Origin: Octopus vulgaris
Taxonomy: Eukaryota
Assembly: GCA_951406725.2 (NCBI GenBank)
Contig: OX597830.1
Span: 46,624,001-46,688,000 of the forward strand
Reading direction: 5' to 3'
DNA: 64,000 nt
Below the pieces are notes generated by a model, which was not told the origin of the DNA, made no database searches, and was given only the letters and a program-made list of their open reading frames with translations. A program made the translations under genes and the position numbers. Below are positions 52,192 through 64,000 of this stretch, one piece after another (position 1 is the stretch's first letter; every line of letters begins with the position of its first letter).

Positions 52192-53751
52192 CTATATATA
52201 TATAAGACAAGTTACCACATAGTTTCCGTCTACCAAACTCCCTCACGAGGTATTATTATTCGGCTAGTAGCTATAGTAGAAGACACTTGCCCGAAGTGCT
52301 GCGAGTAGCTTCGGGGCTGAACCCGAAAGCGGGCTTCTTAACCAAAAAGCCTCGTCTGCGCCTATGAAACTGCTACCCTCAATTATTTTCTCTTTCACTT
52401 ACTTCAGCCATTCGACTGCAGTGATGCTGAGCTAACCCACTCAAAGGAATTAATTGATTAATAATGGGATCCGTGGAAACTATTTAAGAAAAAGGGTGAT
52501 TTGTATTTTTAGTTTTATTTTGCTAAGTATTTCACTTCCAGTCACAATAATATATTTTAAAATTTCCCTCTACTAAGCACTTTATATTTCTCTCTTTCTC
52601 TCTTTCTCTCTACCTCTTCAACAAGCTTTTTAACCATATAATTCCTGTCTTCATGTCTTTGACACTTTTCTCTTTCTCTTCACCTCTCACTTCCACTAAC
52701 TCTCTCTCTATCTCTCTCTTAATGTAACTGCCTCCCTTGCTCATCTCTCTTTATCTGCCTGTCTTTAACCTCACCACCAGAACATTACCCTCTGCTAAAT
52801 ATTGTATCCTAAACATATCTCTTTCTCTTTACCTTTCCCTCCCCACCCCACAGCACGTCGTTAATACTTCTCTCTCCCTCTTCTCTCTCGCTGTCTTTCT
52901 GTCTGGGTCTTCGCCTTTCCATTTAACTAATCACGTGACGCATTTGGCCTTATATCTCTTTCTATACTTCTTCCTCACTTCCTTCTTCCCTACTCACACT
53001 CCTCATATTTCTTTCTTTCTTTCTTTCTTTCTCTCTCTCTCTCTCACACATACATACACTCACTCACTTTTGCTCCACCTCCACCTCTTTAACTAAAGTA
53101 ACAACGCGCGAACGAACAAGCGGATTATTATAGAGATATCGAGTCCGGTGACGAATTAGCAGAATTATTAGAGTGTTGGAGAGAAAATCTTGCAATATTT
53201 GTTCCAGATTTCTGCATCCAGAGATGAAATCTCGCGGAAGTCAACTCCACCTTTTATCATTCCGGGATCGATAAAAAAAGTAGCAGCCCACGACAAGGGT
53301 CACCATTCTTCCTCTTTATTCTTTAATTTTATATTCCTTTCTCGAATCGGTTTTGAAAGGTGAGAGGTTTTGGGTGAAAGGTTTTGGGTGACCGTAAACA
53401 ATGTTTCTTTGATCAGGAGTGCAGAAAGGTTGAGTGAGGTGTTAACACTCTCTTTTCATAGACATTAAAAAAAAAGCAAAAGAACAAGGACATTCTCCCC
53501 GTACTAAAAAAAAAAACTCCCTCCAGAAAGCTGGTATTTTACTGAAACTGTCCAAGGATGGACCGATGTGTAGTGCAGCTTTCAAATGTAAAGAATAACA
53601 ATATTTATTTCAGCTCGGTATTTACTCCATAAATATCCATTTATCGCACCGTTTAACGAACCTTTTAACAAAAAGAGAGACAAGTAGTCGACACAATACT
53701 ACGTTTTCGTTGAGTAAGACTCAACCAAAACATAGTTCAGAACATACAACA

Positions 53752-53912
53752 AATAATTCTTTCTTCTATAGACACAAGGCCTGAAATTTTTAGGGGAGGG
53801 GCTAGTCGATTACATCGACCCCAGTGTGTAAGTGGTATTTAATTTATCGACCCCCAAAGAATGAAAGGTAAATTCGACCTCGGCGGAATTTGAACTCAGA
53901 ATGTAGCGTCGG
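53752..53912 (-). mobile_element. SINE family A, partial (tail type B)
   Basis: Reverse complement of ttctgagttcaaattccgccgaggtcg...ggccttgtgtctatagaagaaag. Confidence 0.8.
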
Positions 53913-55138
53913 GATGCGCAACAAATAATGTCATGCTACCATCTTGGTTTAGGTCTTGGAGCAAAGAGATACTGTCTACTTTTAGACAGTTTTTTCAGTT
54001 AATTACTTTCCCCGAGGAAATTTGGTCAAGTTTAAAAAAAAAAGAAAAACTTCCAAGTTTTGGTGTGGGTGGGTGGGTGGGTGTAGATGTTTTCAGCATA
54101 ATGTTTCGACAATTGTTTGTTCATTCGGTATTGATAAAAACTGGTTCTCTTTCCCCCCAACTCTAAATAGAATTTAGAGCCTAAACAGACTTCATTATAT
54201 AATGCCAGATGTTATATTTTTTTGAACAAGAGTAAAAACGATATCTCACATAGTAAAATATATCAGCTTCATGGGGTGAGGGTAAGGAAATGAGATTATG
54301 TGCCATTCATACATTTCTTTAAAGCAGTAAGGTTGCAGCATAAATGAACTGGATGACTTAAGTGCTCTTATGACGTTCACGCATCAAAGATGCTAGCGAG
54401 TTCGACAAAGCAATTTTAACGAAGGCATTTTTGAGAAGCAATAACATTGTCGAGGCAATTTTGAGAAGTAGTTTTGATGTGGTAATCTTGAAAAACAGTT
54501 TCGACCAGACACTTTTAAAGACAAATTAATGATACAGTTTTGAGAAGCAGTATTGACTAAGCAATTTTGAAAAACAAAGATTTGATGAGACAATTTTAAG
54601 AAGCAATTTTGACGAGGCAACTTCAGAAGTAGTTTTAATGAAACAGATTTGACGAAAAGTTTTAACGGAGAATTAACAATGTGGTGAAACGAACGTAAAG
54701 CTACAAAAAGCAAGTATCAAATATAAGCGAAAAGAAAAACCTAAAAAATAACAATAAACCAGCAAAATTAAATGTGAAATTATATTTTTCAAAAAATGAA
54801 ATAATTAAAATAAGAAATCGATTGTGTTAAAAGGTATCGATTAGGAATGTGTGAAATGATTTCAAACCATTTGGGAATAGTATTTTTGTTTGAGTGTAGT
54901 GTGTGTGTGTGTGTGTGTGTATGTGCGTGAGGTGCATGAGTATGTAACTGTATGCTTGTGTGTGTATATACGTGTGAGTATGTGCGCGTATGTGTGAATA
55001 TATGATAGATTATTAATGTATTGTTTTACCTTTCACGTGCGTGTGGATGGATAACCAGCTTTCCTAGTGATGTGCCTTTCTGTTCGTTACGTGTGGGTGT
55101 GTATATACATGTGTGTGTGTATATGTATATGTATGTGT

Positions 55139-55169
<31 letters not shown>

Positions 55170-55387
55170 CCGGAGTAAACACATAAATGTGAAACAAGGT
55201 GGAAAAAAGTGTACTCCAATACCAGTGGTAGAGTAATATACTTTATTTAAAGCAGCAGAAAATTCAACAAAACCTGTTACTCTGAGTTTCACGTTCCCGT
55301 TCGTCGGACAGTTTTTGCTAGAATCTAGCAAAAACTGTCCGACGAACGGGAACGTGAAACTCATATTACTCTGCTGCTTTAAATAAA

Positions 55388-55389
<2 letters not shown>
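55170..55389. mobile_element. Fold-back family H1 element in (TA)n
   Basis: Near-identical to 18150-18371; hairpin centre ctag-aat-ctag at about 55323; right arm has an internal deletion. Confidence 0.82.
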
Positions 55390-55468
<79 letters not shown>

Positions 55469-56219
55469 CGTCTGTATATAAATATACACAGACATATACA
55501 TGAACCGCACTTAATAAATTCTAATTCATCTAAAAAGGCATTTATTGACTAAGAGTGCTCAACAAGTAATTAAGTCAGGGCGGCTATGACTGTGCGAATA
55601 AAATAAATGCAAATAGGGAATTTCGAATAGATTATACAAAGAAACTGTGGATATATCTACCTCGGGATATCTTTTGAGTCACGATGTTTCGACGACTGTT
55701 TCTTCAGCCGGTGTTGTTAAAAGCTGCTTCTCGTTTTTCCCGCAGCCTAAATAGTGTTCACTCACCACTTGTTAAGATATAAAGGGCACTGGGCTGACAA
55801 AGAGAATAAAGCTGCATTCCTATATAATCGAAGTAATTCCGTGTAGCGAAGAAGTGAAAAATGCTTCAAGTATTCTCTTCTGTGAAATATATTAAACTAG
55901 AAATCTTAAAATATTCAGAAGCTAATTTATATGATAACCAGACAGACATGAATCATACTTAATAATCTTGATTTTGTCAAACGCTGTATAACCTTGAGAA
56001 GAGCAGAAAGATTGGATATTTTACTCTTAATAGATGGAAAAAGTTGCTAGGAGACAGCCACTAGATTCGAACCTTCGCCCCACGAAGAGCAGCTGGTTAC
56101 TCTACCATTAGGATAAACTGTCCACCGACAGCAAATTGCGTTAAGCTAAAAGCTAAATATCATAGCTTTTTTTTGGAATGCAACTACATATGTAAACAAA
56201 TATTTTTTTTGTTTACGTA

Positions 56220-56310
<91 letters not shown>

Positions 56311-56560
56311 TATTGTCTTTGCACAGCTTCTAACGCTGGAGATGTACTACGGTGTCAGCTGTTCACTACCAGTGAACTATGGTAACACCCCTTATTTTTT
56401 GAGCACCATCTGGAGTATTCGAGCGATTCCAAGCAGTGCTGTTTTGTGCAAGTGCTCCACCCTTATTGCAGCCCCTTATTTGTTTCATGTACTTCTCAAG
56501 ATTTTTCTCACTGTTCCCAGGGCTCCGACTATTAGTGTTACTGCTACCACCTTTTTCAAC
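56311..56560 (-). mobile_element. Second R4/Dong-like 3' fragment in (TAA)n
   Basis: Minus VVAVTLIVGALGTV / RVEHLHKTALLGIARILQMVL*; (TTA)n arrays on both sides. Confidence 0.78.
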
Positions 56561-56597
56561 GACCACAACAATAATCCTCATCACTAATAATATCAGT

Positions 56598-56598
56598 G

Positions 56599-56654
<56 letters not shown>

Positions 56655-56818
56655 CATCATCATTATTATTATTATTATTATCCTCATCGTCATCATTATT
56701 GTTATTATTATTATTATCATTATTATTATTATTATTATTATTATCATTATTATCATTATTATTATTAATATTAATATTATTATTATTATTATTATTATTA
56801 TCATTATTATTATTATTA

Positions 56819-56864
<46 letters not shown>

Positions 56865-56974
56865 CATTATTATCATTATTATCATTATTATTATCATTAT
56901 TATTATTATTATAATTATCATTATTATTATCATCATCATCATCATCATCATCATTATTATTATTATTATTATCA

Positions 56975-57005
<31 letters not shown>

Positions 57006-57049
57006 TATTATTATTATCATTATCATTATTATTATTATTATCATCATCA

Positions 57050-57099
<50 letters not shown>

Positions 57100-57281
57100 G
57101 TCATAATTATTATTATCATTGTTATTATTATCATTATTATTATTATCATTATTATTATTATTATTATCATTATTATTATCATTATCATTGTTATTATTAT
57201 TATTATTATTGTTGTTGTTGTTATTATTATTATTATTGTTGATGTTATTATTATAATTATTATTATTATTATTGTTGTTGA

Positions 57282-57324
<43 letters not shown>
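56598..57324. repeat. Long (TTA/TCA)n microsatellite
   Basis: Seen directly. Confidence 0.97.
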
Positions 57325-57760
57325 GTAGCTACTGGGTGTAGCAAGCATTGTTTACAAGTTGCTTTCAAAAGCAGAGGATTTTCACTTGATGAAATAGTAT
57401 TTTGCTGAAAGTAGCTGCAATCAAAGAACTCTAAACCTCAGTGTTTCCTTCTACAATGGTTGACATGACAAAAAGGTTTTGTGTTTTTATTTTCCTTCAC
57501 ATTACCAACATACAAAAATGGCTTCGAATATTTCATGCGATGCCTACAAAAACGAAAACTGTAAAGGAAGAAAATAAACTTCACAAGCAGGAAAAAAAGA
57601 AGAAGAGAATAATATTTTAATTGCTCTGCAAAATATTAATGGTGACTAAGAACAAAAAGAAAATGCTAATATTTTACATTCAGTTTTGAATATTTCGAGT
57701 GGAAATGTTGTCAACAACAACGACATAACCTTCCTCACAACATCCCCCACCACTAGCAAA

Positions 57761-57794
<34 letters not shown>

Positions 57795-57959
57795 AACAAC
57801 TACTACTTTTGACAAAACAATAATAACAAATGCTATATTACGCAATAGGTTCTTTTCAACAACAAAAACTACGCGACTAAATATGAAACGTTTTGTTTGA
57901 AGAACTAAAGCTTGGTTGCGTTTTGTCCGGGTGCCAGCCACTCACACTCCATTATGGAG

Positions 57960-58800
57960 GCGAGCGAGAGGAGAGAGGTAACATCCCTATGTTTTGCTAA
58001 AGCCTCGGAGGATATCCTTGTTTCATCCAAGCAGAAGTTGGAGATAGTCCTGACAGACACTTTGAAATCTTCATTGGGAGACGGTTGGAATATGGCGCTG
58101 TATGCGTCATCTTTAAAACAGAAGATTGGGCTACATCTTACCCATAACCTTGTCCCGCAATATTTAGGAAGGAGGAAAACAGGAGTCACTCTTCTGACGT
58201 ATCATTGAACAATGCCAAATGCTTCTAGAATTGTCGAATAAATCGGCGTTGTGCCGCCATATTGACACAAAGCGTTTTCATCTCATTACTTGATGCGGTT
58301 CGATTGACATAATTTCTGTTCCATAAAAAGACACGAGATACTGCAGGCTCCATCAAAAGGACATTTATCTTCCTTTGTTCATAATCGTTGAAAACAGTGG
58401 AATGTTTGAAGCACAGGAGTAGCTTCTTTTCACTGTTTGGACGTTAAAATTTTTATTATAACGATGCTGTACCGGGAAATGTCTGTGTAGAAGGGCCAGG
58501 AATATTCTACCCACCTTGGTCTTAACGTTTAAGGAACCCAAATAACATTCACGGCCCTATAAGAGCAGTGTCACGAATAAACTTAGAGGATGAAAGATTA
58601 AAGACCCTACGACTCACAATTGAGACAGAGTTTCTGAAAGCATTAGGAAGGTGGAAAGAGAGGCTATTGACGTATATTGATTGCTCAGTGGGTTTGCGGA
58701 AAGTCTTATGGATGCGTGTTTGGAGTCACCTAATCTGTTAAGGTCCATGATTAGGATTTTACGGAATGTATCCCAATGGGCTGATGCTACTAAGATATCA
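57960..58800 (-). pseudogene. Decayed Penelope-like element ORF (RT thumb, Cys-rich linker, GIY-YIG region)
   Basis: Minus peptides in order: HKTFRKPTEQSIYVNSLSFHLPNAFRNSVSIVSRRVFNLSS (from 58710), TVKRSYSCASNI (58436), CPFDGAC (58363), APYSN, NFCLDETRI (58039). Confidence 0.72.
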
Positions 58801-59257
58801 TTTTGGGATAGGTCGATTTGAGGCTAAGGAATTCGTGCGGAAGATCTAATGTAAAATATCGACTCGTCTTTTGCGTACATATGCACAAACACACACACAT
58901 ACATATAGACATATTTATACACATACTCACAGATATATAATATATGAAATGTATATATTTATACATGCATACATACATATATATATATGTGTGTGTGTGT
59001 GTGTATTCTTGCGTGAGTTAGAGGTTGGGAAGCCAACCAAGGGATAGTACCTATCTAATATACTGCTGGTAGTGTACCCAATTACTAATACCCAATTGCT
59101 GGTTATTGCGTGGCAATCTCACAATTGAGTGCTATATATGGGTGGGTGGGGTGGGGTAAAAAGTGGCTTACCCTTGGTTTATACAGCAAATAGGAAAATA
59201 AGAAAATATCTTCTTATTTACATAAATACACACATACAAACACATACATGTATATAT

Positions 59258-59321
<64 letters not shown>

Positions 59322-59324
<3 letters not shown>

Positions 59325-59510
59325 GGTCCCGGGTTGAGTCGGGGTTAACCACAGTAAATAAGGTACTCAATACATAGCAGAGTAAATTAATTTATTATAT
59401 AGAAGGAGCTTCTACAGGACTAGAACTGTTTCATTCAAAAGAAATCATCAGGATCCTGATGATTTCTTTTGAATGAAACAGTTCTAGTCCTGTAGAAGCT
59501 CCTTCTATAT

Positions 59511-59515
<5 letters not shown>
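59322..59515. mobile_element. Fold-back element in (TA)n with a perfect 124-bp palindrome (family H2)
   Basis: 59392-59515 is self-complementary about gga|tcc with no spacer; each arm has CTGATGA...GAAAC. Confidence 0.85.
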
Positions 59516-59547
<32 letters not shown>

Positions 59548-59596
59548 TAGATAGGTAGGTGTGCCTCAAGAGGAGGCGTGGTCGATGGTCTACACA

Positions 59597-59662
<66 letters not shown>

Positions 59663-59998
59663 CACACGCGCGCGCACACACCAGCGCAGTCTCCGCAGAA
59701 AGGTTCACTTTCCTTTCCTTTCTACAATCGTATTCTGCCTTTACTTTAAATTTTGCTTCATTTTGTCTTCTTTCAACCAATTTTCTTAACTTTTTAAAAC
59801 CCAACCGTTCTTATTCCATCTCATATATATGTATATATGTGTCTATATTTGTATATATGCATGTATTTCTGAATATCTACGTATATGTAAGTATATATAA
59901 GTATGCATGTACGTATATACTATATAAATATATATGTGTGTATGTGTATGTGTGCGGGTACATGTATATATACATATGCAGATTTATATGTAAATCTG

Positions 59999-60069
<71 letters not shown>

Positions 60070-61009
60070 CACATCTTTGTATGTGTGTGTGTACGTGTGT
60101 ATGTGTGCGTGTGTGTGTGTTTGTGTTTGTGTGTGTGTATACACATAATAACTAGGAACAGCTTTTCATTTTTAGTGTACAACTAAAAATAATTTTAAAA
60201 GATTTTCTTTTAGAACGACGCTTTGATGTTTTACAACTTGAAGTGTTTTATTTTCAAAATTTTACTAAAATATATTTTCAGTTTGTTTTATCGCTCTGAT
60301 GTATTTGTGTTTTATTATTCTTTAAGGTGTAAAATGATTTATTACGCTGCGTTCTGGTTGCAACTTGATGTGGAACGGTTTTATTGTAGATGTTGCGATT
60401 AGTCTGTGGCGTTTTTCAAAAATGATTTGCCAGTTTTATAATCTTTCGTCTTTTCTTTCGTTCTTCACTTGATGTGGTTTCATATAACAAAAGAAAATCT
60501 CCCTTGTTATTACCATTGTTAGTCTTGTAAATCATATTTTGATAATTTCGTGATTCTTTTCTTTTTCTTGGCCGCCGCTCATGTGAACTATATATATGTA
60601 CACACACATATGTATACGCACCTATATATACACACATCTCCTCCCACTCTCTCTCTCTTTATATGTATAAAATTAAGGAGAGGAGGAAACAAATTCAAAG
60701 GCCGATGATATATATTCATTCAATCCTTATTAACGAAATTATCCTTGGTATACAAAGTGCATACACAGATGCAGTCATCTATACGATATATAAAAAATGT
60801 CTAAGAATTTATAAATACATACATATACACGAAAATTTATAAATATATAAAAAAAATTCATAGACATAAAAAATAATAAACACATAAAAATTCATAAATA
60901 TAAATATATAAAAAAGTGTAAGTCTGTAGATGTACTTGCCAAGTCCGAATGAAGAAGATGATAAAGCGGATGTAAAATGATTCATAAGGAGTCTGGAACA
61001 TGTATAAAG

Positions 61010-61095
61010 ACTTACGGCCGTTTCGAAAAGAAATAGGTTGCTATGGGCGAGCTAACTCCGACCATAGCAATACTCTGTATTTCTCTCATCAGAGT
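61010..61095 (-). ncRNA. Type I hammerhead ribozyme motif with extended stem II
   Basis: Minus: ACT-CTGATGA-G[AGAAATA..TTGCTATGG..CCATAGCAA..TATTTCT]..C-GAAA-C-GGCC-G-TA-AGT; all core nucleotides present; palindromic tetraloop on stem III. Confidence 0.8.
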
Positions 61096-61697
61096 TAATA
61101 GAATCACAAGGCGAATAAATTGTCGTCTAAATTACGCAAAAATGACACTAACACCGACATCTCATTTTAACAAATATATTTACCAAAATTACGTTAAAAA
61201 TCTTGAAATACTAACGACATATATCTAAAATTTCAATAAGGGATTTATAAAATGATAAAATAGACATAAGGTTAAAAAATGATTTCCATTGCTGAAGCCA
61301 TAAGATACATACTGAATATACACAAAAAACTAAAACTAATAATAAAAAAATCAAAAATCAAAATCAAAATAAAAAGCAAAATAATAATAAGTAAATAAAT
61401 AATAAGGATAGGTCGATGTATTCCTAACAAAGTAAATTAAGAAATAAAGTAAGGATATCATTGGATGCGGTTTTATGAAATATAATATTACAGGCACTGT
61501 TGTATGTAGAATTATTTAGTTCAGAGGGAGTATAAAGTATATCTAAGGGAGGCGTACTATCTGATAACTCATTACAAATATACTTATTCTGACTGATAGG
61601 GCAGAAACCTTTCGAATTAAGGGAAAAACAGTGTAATCACCGTATAGGATGAATGCAGACTGAACTGGTAGGGGTTATAAGAGGGCAATATTATATA

Positions 61698-61795
61698 TCT
61701 ATACATATAAAATGTGTGTGCGTCTGTCTGTATGTGTGCATCACTAAAACTCGAGAACTACCCAACCGATTTCATTCAAATTTTACACATGCCTT
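61698..61795 (+). mobile_element. Helitron-like 5' fragment
   Basis: a|tctatacatataaaatgtgtgtgcgtctgtctg resembles the 5' ends at 18921 and 35391; no 3' end found. Confidence 0.45.
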
Positions 61796-61857
61796 ACTTC
61801 CGCCCCGACATCCGAAACTCTGAGTTTTACTATGGCAACCTACTAATCGTCACATAG

Positions 61858-61899
<42 letters not shown>

Positions 61900-61901
<2 letters not shown>

Positions 61902-62192
61902 ACAATTGAGGGTAAAATTAATTAGTTATTAATCAATTTCACCAAAGTAGTGTTCAGTATGTAAAAGGACCATTTAAGGCGAATTCAAAATATTACATTA
62001 TATAATTAGGGCTTAGTAAAATAAATTACTTATTTTACTGTTTTTGCCTCCATATCTTCGTGAGTTACTTTTGAGTAAACATTATCTGAGAGAAATTTTC
62101 TTAAAGTAGTGGAAATGGCTAAAAAACTTTTTGGCTACTATTTCTAGAAAGTTCAGTATGTGGCAAAGTAATTTATTTTACTAAGCCCTAAT

Positions 62193-62200
<8 letters not shown>
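61900..62200. mobile_element. Fold-back element in (TA)n with 35-bp perfect inverted repeat
   Basis: 61997-62031 is the reverse complement of 62166-62200; one-sided extension 61900-61996; (TA)n on both sides. Confidence 0.7.
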
Positions 62201-62266
<66 letters not shown>

Positions 62267-62734
62267 ATACCTACGTGCATACACACATAATGCAGTACTT
62301 GCAGTAACCCATTTTCCTTGACCCCCACCCCACCATCACCCCGCTAAATATTCGCCTTCAGAAAAGTTTCCGTATTCACAAGAAAATTGTGATGACCGAC
62401 CACAAAGGTAATAAAGCGTTTGTATATTTATACAATTCCATCGTTAGCAATTCCTACGTTTGTTTTGTTAAAATGTTCGGGAGGCAGCTGCGAGGATAAT
62501 TACTGAAGTCGAGTTTTCCGAAACAATGGGATAATGAAATAGAAAATGTAATTAAATCATTGAATAGAAGTTTAGCAATCGGAGCCTTATTGGATCACAA
62601 ATATTCTTTTCTATATGTTTATATATTTATTTATTAAAAACATAACGAAAACCTTGAATATATCAGCAAATTTAGGAAATATTTAATGCAAATGGCAATT
62701 AAAATAGTTTCTTTTTCAATAAAATTAACTCTCT

Positions 62735-63135
62735 CTCTTTTACTCTTTTACTTGTTTCAGTCATTTGACTGCGGCCATGCTGGAGCACCGCCTTTAGTCG
62801 AGAAAATCGACCCCGAAACTTATTCTTTGTAAGCCCAGTACTTATTCTATCGGTCTCTTTTGCCGAACCGCTAAGTGACGGGACGTAAACACACCAGCAT
62901 CGGTTGTCAAGCAATGCTAGGGGGACAAACACAGACACACAAACACACACATACATATACATACATATATACGACAGGCTTCTTTCAGTTTCCGTCTACC
63001 AAATCCACTCACAAGGCATTGGTCGGCCCGGGGCTATAGCAGAAGACACTTGCCCAAGATGCTACGCAGTGGGACTGAACCTGGAACCATGTGGCTGGTT
63101 AGCAAGCTACTTACCACACAGCCACTCCTGCGCCT
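62735..63135 (-). mobile_element. SINE family C, full length
   Basis: Near-identical to 27107-27505. Confidence 0.9.
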
Positions 63136-63294
63136 AACTGATTAATATAAGTATGAAAATGATCCGTTTCACATTTTCTAGCAACGTGTTCAATATTTTC
63201 AATATTTTGTGAAGGAATGTCTCTGTCAAGCGGGGAAATAATATTAACTGAATTATTTACTATTAAATGCTCGTAATCCATATTGTTAACACAA

Positions 63295-63505
63295 TGATTT
63301 CAAATATTGGTAAAAGCAAGCAAATTTAGGGGTTGCGGTAAGTCGGTTACATTGACCCCAGTGTTCAACTGGTATCTAATTTATCGACTTTGAGAGGATG
63401 ATAGTCGATTTCGGTCGCATTTAAACTCAGAACGTAAAGAGCCGAAAGATGTGCTGCTAAGCATTTTGACCGACGTGCTAACGATTCGACCCGCTCGCTG
63501 CCTTT
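63295..63505 (-). mobile_element. Degenerate SINE family A
   Basis: Reverse complement reads ggcagcgagcgggtcgaatcgttagcacgtcgg...gttctgagtttaaat. Confidence 0.75.
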
Positions 63506-64000
63506 GTTGCAAGCATAATTCATGCTCGCCGCCATATTGCAAACATAATACTCACACCAACATTCTTTTTTTCCCCCGAGTACACCATTAACGATAATTT
63601 GCCAACTACTTAAAAAGAAAAAAAAAATGGCACTACAAGAAATAATACAAATAATGCTTTCTACTCGAAATGATTAAAGAGAAATGACCCTGTTTAATTC
63701 GCCACTCAAATATTTTTGTATCGAAGTAAAACAAAATGGAAAAGCAGTTTAATACTGTTCATAAAATATTCATAACGTAGATTTTTTTTATATTTTACAA
63801 ATTCAGAAATGTGATAAATAAAAAAAAAATATTTTCAAGTTATGAAAAGCAACACTTATTTTTCAAAGCTCCGGTTATTACCTTTTTTACTGATTTTGTC
63901 GCATCATTTTGGCTATCGCAGCTAATTGCAAAACATAAGGGGGAAAAAAACACAGCAAAGCAGAATATTCGAAGATAGTAAAATAGGGAAGAAAGTATTC

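Noticed and set aside
56556-57408. ORFs of 250-270 aa, poly-I/N
   Set aside because: (TTA/TCA)n microsatellite.

Overview
AT-rich, microsatellite-dense eukaryotic DNA. The repeat content suggests an octopus or other coleoid cephalopod (inference, not verified). Positions 114-15126 (+) hold the last 15 coding exons of INTS3 (Integrator subunit 3 / SOSS-A). All introns are GT-AG and the exons splice into one continuous frame of 464 codons plus stop. The rest of the window is intergenic and mostly transposon remnants: several tRNA-derived SINE families, RTE, Tx1/L1-like and R4/Dong-like LINE fragments, Penelope-like element (PLE) remnants, mariner and Tc1 pseudogenes, Helitrons and MITEs. Most ORFs in the supplied track are translations of microsatellites. 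The most notable signals are: (1) multiple families of short fold-back elements, often set in (TA)n, carrying minimal type I hammerhead-ribozyme motifs, with the inversion point repeatedly at the 5' edge of the motif; (2) a PLE remnant whose terminal region contains a tRNA-like Pol III cassette; (3) a SINE sharing its 3' tail with a Tx1-like LINE and recurring as a SINE-in-SINE composite at one fixed internal site; (4) different retroelement clades each sitting in a different microsatellite; (5) a 19-bp intronic minisatellite with eight AP-1 consensus sites. All family assignments are by eye from motifs; no search or folding was run.
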